Assembly: GCA_002189035.1 (NCBI GenBank)
Contig: CM007990.1
Coordinates: 1,302,001-1,366,000 of the forward strand
Direction of reading: 5' to 3'
Origin: Utricularia gibba
Taxonomy: Eukaryota > Plantae > Magnoliophyta
DNA length: 64,000 bases
The position numbers and the translations under genes are program-made. A model generated the notes under the pieces. It saw nothing but the letters and a program-made list of their open reading frames with translations. It did not search any database and was not told the origin of the DNA. This document shows, piece after piece, positions 1-12,320 of the stretch (positions are counted from its first letter, which is position 1; each line of letters opens with the position of its first letter).

Positions 1-113
1 ATTGTAAGCAAAAGTAACTACCGCAAGAGGTCATCAATATCATCACATACAGAGAAATCAGGTGCGCAGAATCACAACTATCAATATGTTAAGATTCCAA
101 ATTAGTTAAAAAC

Positions 114-1097
114 CTTGTCCTTGGGATTGATCTTTGCACCATGTGAAACCAGAACCTGAGCTATTTTCAAGTGACCCTTGCTAGCAGCGTAATGAAGCGC
201 TGTGCGCCCACCTTCATTTTTGACATTCACATCAGCTCCTGTTCAATATCAAATTAGTTTTCCAATTATACAGAAAACAGAAAAAAAAAGATCAGGAGAA
301 ACTTTGAGTCTGTTCCATACGTTGTTTTGGATTTCGATTTTGTATGAAAATGCATGTTTCTAAGAGTAAAAAGGTGAACAACTATATTTAAAAGGTAGAA
401 AGTGATCTTCTGGAGTGAAAAACAAACGCGCTCAACAATACATGTAACCGATCCCATAAGTGGCGTATCACTATTTATTCCTTTTGTATATCATACAGCA
501 CATACCCGATGTCATAAGGCGAAAAAAAAAAACTACGCTTTTGGAAAAAAGTAATCAATGAAAAAACATAAAAGTAATGCAGAAACCTAACATATTCATG
601 AGTCTCACCTATGTTTAGTAAAATCTCCACAATTTCCAGATAGCCACTGCTTGCAGCAGAGTGTAAAGGCGTCCAGCCTTCATCATCAGAAACATTCACA
701 ATTGAGGGGCTTGCGGTTGATATTACTTCCACCACCTAACATAATCAACAAGAATTGAGCATTTGAAAAAGTTGTAACAGTAACAATCCACGGAAGTAAT
801 CAATCAGATCATTGAAGGATGGCATGTCCACACCCATTCTTAAACCACCAACTGAAGACAAACGAACAGCATGGCGTGTTGGACTAAAATAAGAAGGCTA
901 CGGATTCTCCTAACCTTGGAATGGGAGGAGGAAACGGCGACGTGTAGAAGAGTACGACCGTCTTCATTCCGAAGAGCGGAAGCTTTGAGAAGTTGCTCGT
1001 CTGAGAGCGATCGGAAAAGAGAGGCATCACCGGATTGCGCCGCCGCAAACAGGTCACTCTCCTTGAATTCTCTCACCGGGGCGACCTCGATTTCCAT
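114..1097 (-). CDS. Ankyrin-repeat protein, gankyrin/26S proteasome regulatory subunit 10-like (3' part lies beyond the left window edge)
   Basis: Exons 1097-915, 735-609 and 238-114 join in frame at GT-AG sites. They give ankyrin motifs [23 protein letters not shown] and [13 protein letters not shown]. The intron after 114 runs off the window. Confidence 0.9.
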
Positions 1098-1544
1098 CGC
1101 TCCTCTTACAGATTCTTGATACTCTCAACTGCTACTTCCGCCCAAAATCTCTACTAATGATGCTATGTATACTCTAATACCAAACCAATGAGAAATGATT
1201 TCACAAATGCATTTTTCAAAATCATTTAAAAAATGAAATTTGACTAGATTTTACTAAATTAAATAAAATAAATTAATTATCACAATAAATGATATCTTTC
1301 ATAGAATAATTTAATTAATAATACATTTAATAAATATACAATATTTTGCTATAGTTAAAAATTTATTTGATAGATATTTTACATAAATATATAATTAAAA
1401 TATTATTATATTTGCAAAAAAATATTTCATAATAAATCACAAATAGCATATGGCACAATTATTCTTCATTATTGGCCAAGCAAAAATGAGGAAACAATGA
1501 AGCAATGAATTGCGTTAGGGAGTGCACTGTGCTCCTTCATCAGC

Positions 1545-3606
1545 CTAAAACAAGAACTCAGAGTCAGAAAGCTGGAGAGATTTGTGGTGGCCAATTGGTT
1601 TCACACCAGGCCTGAAGGCGTTTCCTTCAATGTACCTGTGTAAAACATGATGTTATGTCATGCTCAGACGCTAACTCTACTGGATTCGTAGGAAGTTGAA
1701 ATTTCAAATGTGTGCGTTTGTGTGTGTTATTGCATATTGGAAAACATCGGATGGATTCATGGTCTTGTTGACCTGGTTTTCAGACAATGAAAACTTGAAA
1801 AAGGGAACTCACATTTCCTTGAGGAAAGGGTGTTTGTAGAACACAGCATGGATTCTACCAGTGAACAGATTGTTATCCAAGTACCTGAAATGGTAGAAAA
1901 GAACAAGCTGTAACTCTAGACTAATTTTTCTGACTTCCCACAATCCCAAATTCTTCATAGGACAAGATGAACACTCACAAATGACTTAATCGAGGGATAC
2001 GCGCGAGGCTGTATGGTATGTTGCCAGACATTTTGTTGTGGGACAAGTATCTGAGTCAAACAATGCTGTAGTTATTTATGTATGGGTTGATGAAGGATCA
2101 GAGCTCTACAATAAGAATGCTTACAAGATTTCTAAGTTGGTCAGATTCGAAAGCTGTGAAGGAATGCCTCCTCCCATGTTGTTGTTATTTAGGTATCTGT
2201 ATTGGTTGCAGTGCTAAAACAAATACATCACTCTGATAATTGAGACTGTGAGATCAGTGGGAGGGAGGAGCATACAGGTTACGAAGTGATTGAAAGCATC
2301 CTTCTAGGCGGATTATCCCCGTTATTGTTCCAACCAGGTGGTTGTTCCCTACATCCCTGAAGAATTTCAGACGTTATCTGATGTATGATAATGCAAATGC
2401 TAAAACACACTGAATGAATCATACAAGTTTCGTAGATGTTGCAAATTTCCAAGTTCGGATGGGATTCTGCCGGTTAAACGGTTGTGATGCAGATGCAGGG
2501 TACGCAGTTCAGTGAGATTCGCTAGCTCTCTTGGGATTTCACCTTTGAAACTGTTGAAGCTCAGGTAGCTGCATAGGAATCACATCACCATGGCAGTTGT
2601 TGACTTGGAATGTGAAAGTAAAAAGTTTTGAAGATAAACCTACAGATGCGTTAGCTGCTTAAGTTGTCCGATTTCTGGAGGAATTGCATCCTGCAGCTTG
2701 TTCCACCTCAAGTTCCTGGTTCATCAAAATAAGCAAGAGAAATAAGAACCGGGACTGAGAAATCTCATCTTTTTCATATGCAACAATGCAAATTTACAGT
2801 GTCTTGAGATGCTTCAAGCGCCCGATTTCTGATGGAATTGGCCCAGTAAGTTTATTGTTGTGAAGATCCCTACAATACCAATTCAGGTAACAGTTACAGG
2901 CTTCAAAAAAAGACAGATTCAGATAAGCAGATAGCACTTTTTTCTATAGAGAATCCACGAAAATTACAGATTGGTAAGGTCGATCAGATTGGTGACTCCA
3001 AGTGGAATAGGGCCAACAAGCGAAACTGAATAAACTTCCCTGTGAAAGGCAGTGTGAATGTGGAAATTATGTGAAAACATTCAGAAAGGAACCAACCAAA
3101 GGAATGCTCACAGTTCAGTAACAACTCTGTAATCACTCTCGCCGACAACTGAACACGTGACGCCGGACCACGGCGGTGAGTCACCGTCTCCACAAGGATC
3201 CTCCCCCACCCATGCGTACAACACTCTCCACCCAAGCGATGACTTGATTTCATTCAAGGCCTTCACTGTACGAAAGTAATAAATCTCAGCCACACATATA
3301 CACAAGAATCTCTCTGCAAACCAAAACCACGCTGCATGCCCGCATCGGCAGCCCCGTAATGAACCCCTACACAGACATGGGACACCAAATCCCCTAATGA
3401 CGCCCTTATATAAAAATCCAATCAAACGGGACGATGAATCCAACAGAATAAAACTCATCATCATCATCAGGGAAACCGTCAAAAAATGGATATGAAATCT
3501 TACCATCTCTCTTAAGAGTCTTGCAGTAGCTCTTACCAGCAAAAGCGATTGAAACAATGGTTAATATAGAAAACGATGAAAACGCAGAACGAAGAAGAGC
3601 CGCCAT
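1545..3606 (-). CDS. Secreted/extracellular leucine-rich repeat protein (At5g61240-like), 334 aa
   Basis: Eleven exons: 3606-3504, 3265-3112, 3039-2968, 2869-2798, 2715-2644, 2568-2425, 2356-2276, 2196-2125, 2050-1979, 1884-1813, 1635-1545; total 1005 nt. The 72/144-nt exon periodicity is typical of plant LRRs. Signal peptide, then [25 protein letters not shown] and LxxLxLxxNxLxGxIP repeats. An in-frame upstream ATG is also possible. Confidence 0.92.
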
Positions 3607-3927
3607 TATCGAAACATCCAAACCAGGGTTATTCACAGAACTCCAGAGCCCCATACAGCGTGGTGTTGAAGCATTCACAGAGGTGCCTGTTAAAGGGTTG
3701 AACCGCCCAACCGACCCGACCCGAATCCGTGATCAACCTTTTTGACCATTTTTGTTAATTATTTAAACAATTATCTACGATATCAAATATACATATATTA
3801 ATAATTATACAAATATATTTTATAAAATTTTCATAGTTTTTTAATCAAATAAATTTTAATTTTTTTTATCAAATGTAATAAATTTTCAATATTAAACCAA
3901 CTTTCAACTATAACAATATAGTACGCA

Positions 3928-4067
3928 TTTATCTAAATACGAATAATTCTAAAGGTACCAAGAATCCATCCATATCACCGTTTCCGAACAAATATAATAC
4001 ATGTTTATCTAAATACGAATAATTGTAGATGCACCAAGAATCCATATCACCGTTTCTGAACAAATAT
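3928..4067. repeat. Imperfect tandem duplication (about 65-68 bp unit)
   Basis: tttatctaaatacgaataatt...ccaagaatccat(ccat)atcaccgttt(c/t)gaacaaatat occurs at 3928-3995 and again at 4004-4067. Confidence 0.9.
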
Positions 4068-4301
4068 GCATAAGTTACAAGGAATACAAAAACATGAATA
4101 GCAGCAGTTCATACTCATCAATGGTGACTCATGTTACACAGGTGACCAGCATGAGCATATGACCAGACCTGTGATTTGACTAAAAGGATGCATAACTTCA
4201 CCATTTTGAATCAAAAACTGATGGCTTCAAGGAGAGAAACCCCAATGCGAACCGTAAAGAAACAAATCAGGTGATGGGTATGGACCATGTTGGTCCATGG
4301 G

Positions 4302-5655
4302 TTAGCTGCCTGCGTTTCCCTCTATCTCTATACCATGCTGATTCAGCACCGGTGATTTATCTGTCTCATCGCTTAGCTCACCAGAGGAGATGTGTGCAGA
4401 ACTGCTACCGTTCTCTCCTGATGCGGTTTCAGGCTCAGGCCAGAAGTTGTCGAACCAGGTTGCATCAGCATCCAGCTCGTGGTCGCCAAAGGACTCCACC
4501 GTTGAGTCTTCATCACCATCTTCTTCTCCGACCAGACGGAAGATGGTGTTTTGGACTTGGTGGTCATCATCATCACCGGTCTGCCGTGGATGTGATGGGT
4601 GGTGATGGGTCCCTCGCCATTCATCATCATCATCACTGTCTATCTCCATGTCGAAGGATCTATTCTGCACAGCCCTCTTGTGGAGAATGAACACATTGAA
4701 GTAGTAGCTGACAAGTTCCATCATTGTGCGGTTAGGGAATGCGTCCCTGAGGTGGTTCCAGAAATTCCCACCACGCGACTTTGGGTATGAGGAAACAACC
4801 TCCTGAAAGATTTGTCTCTCCTCGGGAATCCACTTCAACCCCACGATGTCACCCATATCATGGAAACCCAGATCTTCGAATTTTTCATCTCCGACAGTCT
4901 GGAGGAACTTCTCTCTCGCCTCCTGCACATGCTGCTGCACACACCTCATGGATCCCACGTCCAGGCAGCTGCATTCTGTTCTGCCTTGTCCAGCTCTGAA
5001 TCCATCAACTGCTGAATCATTTGCATCACCAAATGGCAAGATACAAGATCCCATAAGTCTCTGTTCCCGGTCAATCTCTTCACACATATTGTCATCGCAA
5101 GTGTTGTCACGGCGACCACCAGGCACCCGTATAGGAACTACAGCCTGATGTTCTGGGCCAATGGGAACTTCCTTCCTTGGAGAACAGTTGAATAGAATTA
5201 CATAAGGATCTCCATGCGGGTCAGGGGATTGCTCGGGAGTGCTTAACTCAATATATCTCGGAAGATTGGACCAAACAGGTGAGGCTTCATTTCCAACATC
5301 TTCATTACTACTGCTGGCCACCACGAATAGCGATGCACTTGCATCAAGTTTTTTCTCCGCAGTTAAACCACTAGCTGTTTCATCTTCAAACCCCAAGTCA
5401 AGATCCAGTTTATAGAAATTGCTGCCTGTGACAATGGAGGAGCAACTGATTTCCAAATATTTATCCAGAGGCAAAACTCTAGTTGTATTAACATTTGGCA
5501 TCAGACAGCTAGCTTACCAGGAGAACCGGTAGTCTGAGTGGTTACACGTGGTTCGTCAACGTGTGATGGCGATTTCATGTAACATTCCAATAATTTAGAT
5601 TGTTTGTAAGAAGGCTCAGGAAAATCTTCCTCCCCCAAAATCGTTTGATTCCCAT
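4302..5655 (-). CDS. ELM2/SANT-domain protein (At2g03470/At1g26580-like), with an apparent 1-nt frameshift near the 5' end
   Basis: Exon 2 (5425-4302) encodes VPIGPEHQAVVP, CSCLDVGSMRCVQQHV, WIPEERQIF and ELVSYYFNVFILHKRAVQNR. Exon 1 (5655-5518) starts MGIKR and ends at CCTG|GTAAG; the intron is 5517-5426. Exon 1 is 138 nt but needs 3n+1 to join in frame. Confidence 0.85.
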
Positions 5656-6487
5656 ACTTTACACTGAAAATCAGAGTCAATGCTCAAAATGAAAAAATAC
5701 GATTTAAAAAATTGAAAAAACGGCCTGCCATCATCACTGAGAGCATCAACGGAAGCAACAAAAAAATTGGGGCTCTAGGTTTAATAGAAATCTTGCAAAA
5801 AAAAAAAAAAAAAAAGGACATGAAATATAGCAAACCCCAATTCACAGGACATCAAATCTAAACCCTCAAACAATTTCTATGTCCAAAAAACTTAAACTGT
5901 AATAATCCCAAAAGCTGAAGAAAACCCTATTCGCAAAAGGGCTCCCCATAAAACTTCGATTCAAAGTCTATCAAAAAGGGAAAGCGAATCGCAAGACCGC
6001 GAATCTAAAAAAACAAAAGAATTCAAAGATCCGGACACAATCCCCGAAAAAACCTAGAATTTTTCGAAATTCACAAATTGGGTCAAAATCATACACAATC
6101 GAAACCTAACTGAAACAATCGCCCTAGACAACTGCAGAATTGAAAGATTTTGTTCGGAAATCAAACGATTACAACAGATCCCGATCCCTCCGACGCGGAA
6201 ATTACAGGCAATCGATGATGCCAAGAGAAGGGGCAAACCTTCAGCGGCCTCCGCAGGATCCCCGAATATTCTGACCCGGTTTCGTACGGAAAAAGCCGCA
6301 CCTCCCTCAACTATTTCCCCATTACTTATTTATACTTTTAAAATTAAAATTTACTACACTTCAAAACAAACAAATTTCCAAAGTGTCCCGTGGAAGCACC
6401 CACAGTAGCTCAATGAAGATGAATTGTCTGTCTGTCTCTCCAACTTCAACACATCCCCTGAAAGAATCTCCACTCTATCTCCACAGT

Positions 6488-8055
6488 CTAGTCTTCGTGC
6501 TCGTCTTCTTCATCGGAATCTGCGAGCAGAGAAACAGATTCTGTCTCAAAAAGCAGCTAAAGAGCATGGTGTTTCTGCCTGGAGAACAGGCTTTCCAATC
6601 CCAAACCAGATGAAGTGAGCTTGCGTTTGTTGGCCTACCGGAACGAACGTCTTCGCTGACTCGCCCCCTTTCTTGTATTTGCTTGACAAGCATTCGGAAC
6701 ATCAGGATCCACCAGTAGATGTGGAGAACCAGCAGGGAGAAGAGAAGGAAATTGAAGATGTAGTAGTACACTGCCCCATCCACTCTGTGTTTCTCCTTGT
6801 CAACAACCAGCAGAACTTCATAGCTGGATGGATTGTGCAGCTGGTGAGCATTTTGGGGAACAGGGAATGGGTAGGGAAGGGCAGGGCGTACCTGGTGCTC
6901 CACAGGATCCAGAAGGGGTAGTAAACAAGACGGAGGACGACCCATGATACCACGAATAGCACAAATGAGAAGCTTGCCAAAGCTTCAGCCCCGCTGTATT
7001 TTGACATCTTTCCAACTTCAAGAAACACATCATTAGCATCATGAAGCGCTAGGACAACCGAACCAACGCGAGCGAATCTGAACGAGTTGAAGAGCATGAG
7101 AAGAGGAATGAGATAAGGGGGATTATGGTGTGTGACAAAAAGGAGGGATGGACCTACCTAAATATGTAAGATAGCACTATGAGAAACAGAGTTGCTACAT
7201 GGTGTCCCATTGATACTCCGAAGTCAGAACGCCTTGTTTCCCAGAATATAAGAGCAAAAATGGAGTATGTGTAGAATCCACCAGTGTACATATAGAGTCC
7301 CCTCAGTTTCAACCTAGAGATATTCATCAATTCTCAATACACGAATACAGAAAGGAACAAGAGTGTAAGGTCTTGGATCTGATACCAGGATATCTAGTAA
7401 AAGGGACAGCTAGCACAGTTCAAATACGAAGGAAAATAATGGAATCTTACTTGCAGGTTTGCTCAGGCCACACCTGGTTTCCAGGCCCTTCCCAGAAGTA
7501 TTTTGTGTTTCCAAACCAGGGTTCATTGTAGGTAACGGCGAGTGCAAGTATTTCTGCTGAAAGATAGTAAACACATTTCCAAGCTGATTCCTTGAACTTC
7601 CTGATCTTCTTTTTGGGTCCATCCGCCTCATTATCCACAGCTCGGTTTCCCTTTAGATTTATCAACTGCTCCCCTACTTTCTGCAAACAACAATGTTGCG
7701 CTCCTCATTAGCACATAAATACAAAAAAGCATTCTTTGATTTCATGCTAGAAGTTGACAAACAAGAGGCAGTTAGAAAAAGCACGAAGCTGATACCCAAA
7801 AACTTTTAATCTGGCTTCAATCTCCCAACCAACGCAAATACCCAGAAATTACAGCAGCTCATAAAATCCAGACAGTACATGAATTCAGCAAGATTAAACA
7901 GCATAAAAGAAAATCACCTCAAATACGAATCGGTCCAGCACGAATCGGACAGCCGGGAAGAAGACAGCGAAAAAGGGAAGCAACGCAAAATCCTTATACT
8001 CCGGGTAGGATTCCTGCTGCCAATCCACCGAATTCACCCATTCAACTAGACCCAT
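6488..8055 (-). CDS. LAG1: LAG1/ASC1-type ceramide synthase (LOH1/LOH3-like), 308 aa
   Basis: Exons 8055-7918, 7680-7451, 7313-7158, 7077-6892, 6823-6639 and 6519-6488 total 927 nt. Motifs: [37 protein letters not shown] and an acidic tail [10 protein letters not shown]. Confidence 0.95.
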
Positions 8056-9441
8056 TTTCACGACTCAAAAAATAAACTCACAGTTTCTTCAAAATCCGCT
8101 ACCGATCATGGCTAAAAGATTTGGTTGGTAGCGAACTCCGTAATGAATTTTCAATGGCTCAGATGTTTCCGGAGAAAAACATTTAACCCAATAAAATTTT
8201 AGCAGACTTCCCTGCGCCCAGCATCCCATTAAACAAATCTCTCATCACAACAGAAAGAGACCCGTCTCTGTAATACCCTTTTCTTCACCGCCAGCCTCCC
8301 AAAATGCATCACCCCGATGGATAAACAGTCCCTCGGGAAAGTTACACCATCATTGAGAAAGTTACCTTTTTGCTTTCCATCATGTTCTGTTTTTTTTTCT
8401 TTTGTTTTTTGTGCAGGGGTAGGCGAGCGAATCTTCAGATACGATACAAACTAAAAAAAAAAAAAAAAAATTAAATAATATTTTAAGATATTTTTTTAAA
8501 AAACTATCTTCAAATCGAAAAAAATAATATTTACTTTAACTTTAAAATATTTTTTTTACTGATATTGCATAATAAATTCATTATGAAATTCATTTTTCAA
8601 AAAACAAAAAAACAGATTTTGAAGATAGAATCAATTCTATGAAAATAAAATCAAATTTAGTAGAATAAAAGTGATTTCCAAACATTGAGTTCATGTTTGT
8701 TAGATGGGTTTAAACTTTTAATCCATGATTAAAAGTTGATATGTATGTTTATTATAACAGATTAGCTAAATACATGGGATTATATTATTACATTACAAAC
8801 ATATCTATAATGGTTTAACAAAACCCATTTTTTAATATGTAATCCCATTAACTTGAATTTACACAAAAGATATACAATCAATCTTTACATAATTTATTGA
8901 AATATATACAAAGAATTTACATAATTTACATAATTTTTCAAAATATTAAAAGAAAGAAATTACATATTTATTGATTTCTCGTATTATTATTTATTGATAA
9001 CTCATAAATTACATATTTTCGATAATTTTGATGATAACGCTCTGACTTGGTTTAATGTTTATTTAGTCCCTTATATAATCCTGGAGCAATTAAGATACAC
9101 GTTTAAAAGATGAGGTTGATTGTACAAAGAGAATCGAGGGGTCAAAAATTAAAAAAAAAAGGAGGAATTTTTCACAATCTTTTTACCGTAAAAAAATAAT
9201 AATAAAATGAAAAAAAAAAAGAAAGCTGATGAACACAAGCCCGGCCCAATCGGAATTTTCATTCACTTTAGTATACACAAATTAATGTTATATAATAATG
9301 GGTAAAAAGACAAAATCCAGTTGACTTTTTCAAACATGTTCCCGTTGGATTTTATTATGTTAACAAAATTATTTAATTACTTTTTATAATGCATAAATAT
9401 AAAAACATAAATAAATTGATCCCTTCACATTAATAATTTGA

Positions 9442-9674
9442 GGGTATGATCCGTATACATCTTTTTATTGCATTCTCATTTTATAGAATGAGAATGTAAA
9501 AAGCATATAAAATAAAAATACCTTTTCCTTCTTAATTATCATATAATTTATATTTCCATTCTTAAATAACACACTATTTTACAAAATACAGAAATAAATT
9601 CATTCTCTCGTTTTCTTTTTCTCATTGTTAATAAAATGAGATTGAAAAATGAACAATGTATGCAGCACATACCC
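9442..9674. mobile_element. Tourist/PIF-Harbinger-like MITE (233 bp)
   Basis: Imperfect terminal inverted repeats of about 55 bp (GGGTATGatccgtatacat...tctcatttta / taaaatgaga...atgtatgcagcaCATACCC) around an AT-rich interior. Flanks are TGA and TAA, a TWA-type target site duplication (TSD) with one mismatch. Confidence 0.7.
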
Positions 9675-9994
9675 TAAGTCATTGTTTGATATGAAGGTAT
9701 AAGACAGATTTATGCTGAGTTTGATAAAATTATATTGTTTGATATGTAGTTATAATTATACTAATTATATGAGTTTATATAGTTTGTAATTAAACTTACA
9801 AACATATAAATATACAAACCAAACAAAACCTAAGAGTATATAAATATGAATTGAATTGTTATAATATATACTGAAAAACATTGATTAAGTTCAACATAAC
9901 ATTCATAAAAAAAAATAATTAATTTTTTAATAATGGATTTACATGGAACAAGATGATTGAATACGGAGTTAAAGCACGCGTTTTAAAAGAATGT

Positions 9995-10042
9995 ACCCGA
10001 CCCGAATTCGACCTACTCCAAAGAGACGGACTCGGGTCGGGT
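9995..10042. repeat. Short inverted repeat ACCCGACCCGA / TCGGGTCGGGT
   Basis: Perfect 11-bp arms at 9995-10005 and 10032-10042. Confidence 0.7.
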
Positions 10043-11152
10043 CACATCTAGCCCGGATTATGAGGTAGGCATTCAATCATAGTCCCCTTTTAGGTCATTA
10101 GGTCGAATTACTGTTGCGATGCAATCATTGGTTGAAAATAATTATACCAATAAAGACTAAATATATGATTATTTTTCTGTGTATTTTTTAATCATTTTTT
10201 TTTCAAAAAAATAATCTTGTGGATGCATATGCGCGTATCCAGAACTCCCAGTAATATAATAGAATCCGTACAAGTGGGGAAGAAGACAAGTGGTGTGGTG
10301 TCACGTGGACCCCACAATGTGAGCCAGCAGATGAGGAGTTGTTACTGAAAAAAAAAGATAGAAATGGAGTGGTGTGGTGTGAGCAAAAAGCCAGATGCGC
10401 AGTTGGGATTCACATGAAAGGCTGCTGAGGCTGAGGCTGGTTGATGGCAGCAACACACACTCCATTTAAAGCCCTCCCCTCCTCATAAATAACAAAGTGT
10501 AGTAGTTAGTAGTCCAAGAGTCAGCCAGCCAGCATTTCTCCCTGGCCCTAACCCCTAGCTGCTGCCTCCTGGCCTGGCAGTGATGGGGAAGGAAGGAAGG
10601 CCACAGCCACAGGAGTGTTTGTTGTGTGAGGCAGTCAGGTGAGTAGGCTGTGCCAATGCATGCTCCAAGATCTACTTATTTCTTTGAGGTTTTCTGGGCT
10701 GCATTTGTGGGTGGAAATGGTGGAGTTTGTCCTTCCTGTGACTGGTTTGGATGGTGAGGAAAATGGGTTGGTGTTGTAATGTGATCTTTTGGGTTCATTT
10801 GATTCTAATTGCGAAGCAGAAGACAATTTTAATGAGGTGGGGAAGAGGAACATGCCAGTCAAGGAGCATTCAAAAGAGAGAGGAGGGGGAGTGTGGCTTT
10901 TGGATATGAATGAATTCTGAATCCCACTGTTTCCAAAAGTGACATTTAGTTCCAGTTCAATGCGTGTCTCCTGGTTAATAAAAGCCAGAGCGGGAGACTT
11001 GATGGCGCTGAGAGAAGACAGCTAAGGGGTGACGTTCTTCATTTGACCAACAGTTTCTTTTCTTCGCCACAAAGAGGAGTCAAATGCCCCCTCCCTGCTT
11101 CTCTACACACAACAACACTGCTGCTACTACTTACCACCTCTCCTACTCTGCA

Positions 11153-11460
11153 ATGGAATCCTCATCTAAGTCTCTCCATGGCGGTGAGGAGTGCTGCAGC
11201 AGCAGTGAGTCAGGCTGGACCAAATACATCGCTTCCCCGGACGACAATCGTTTGGTAGTTGAAGATGAAGAGGATCAGGGGAGGAGTACAGTGGATTAAG
11301 CCTACAAATCTGCAAGAAAGTCAAGGGAGAAGAGGAGGCAGAGAGTGATGATTCAATGGCTTCTGATGCCTCATCTGCTCCAAGCTATCAGGGGAGGTTA
11401 TATGTGAAGGAGGAGAAGAAGGAACACAAGGGAAAGCATCGTATGGGATCAAGGGGGTAG
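11153..11460 (+). CDS. SOFL: SOB FIVE-LIKE / VUP1-family protein with an apparent frameshift; 3' end uncertain
   Basis: The N-terminal motif GGEECCSSSESGWTKYIASP and the second family motif ESDDSMASDASSAP lie in different frames. Adding one G at 11278-11281 joins them. The stop is then 11458-11460, or later if further G runs are also short. Confidence 0.8.
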
Positions 11461-12320
11461 TGGAAGGGAAAAGGGCAAGTCTGTGCAACAAGCAACTACT
11501 GGTGGAAGAAGAGTTAGCAAGGTATAAAAAGCAGGGTTTGTAGGTTTTGTTAGCTTGTTTCTCTTGTGTTTGTTGATTGATCTCCAAGTTCATGTGGACT
11601 GGTGTTAGTTATGGCTGAACATCTTTGAGGGTTAAATACCAAAGACTTCATGACAGATAATGCGTGCGTGTGATGCACTAAAAAGACAAGCCATTTCTAA
11701 AATAAAGCATGTCTAAGCAATACAAAAAAAACCACCCGCACAAGTTGCTATATACACGAGTACAATGCTGCGCTTTACTACTACCATACACCATCTTTCA
11801 TTCACATGCACAAATTACAAGACCAAAATGGTAAGTGCATCATCCCTTTTTAGACTTCAAAATCGCTACCACTGTCTTACAAAGTGGCTCGTGTATCGAG
11901 CAAGTTCGCTATTATGGGGCAGCAAATGATGCTTATGACAGCCGCTGCTAAGCATCACTGGTGACCATGAAGCGCAGTGATGCCCAGAAAAGAGAAGCAA
12001 TGGTCTCATAGAGACTGGATCCAGCATGCAGAAAACCAACAGTTGAAAAGCTCTATGGCTTATGTTAAGGCCTTTATCCAGAGTGGATATTGTTTCAACA
12101 ATGGCCTCCTGAAATAAGAGATCCATGCTCCTAAAGTAACCCCAACGTCAATATTCTAAATATTACTTGCAAGACTTCAGTGCATGGGCATTCATGGTTG
12201 TGTACCTGAGAGATTGTTCTCACGGTCAATATTACTTGAAAGTCTTCGTGCCCATGGAAGGATATGCAGGGATAGCTCCATTGTGGCATGACGCTGACTA
12301 AACCAGCATTCAAAACAATA

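Noticed and set aside
4271-5148. Several + strand ORFs overlapping the ELM2 gene
   Set aside because: These are antisense or alternative-frame shadows of a real coding exon with no recognisable motifs. The same applies to shadow ORFs over PPR, LTA2, SOG1, the CRF genes and RPL15.
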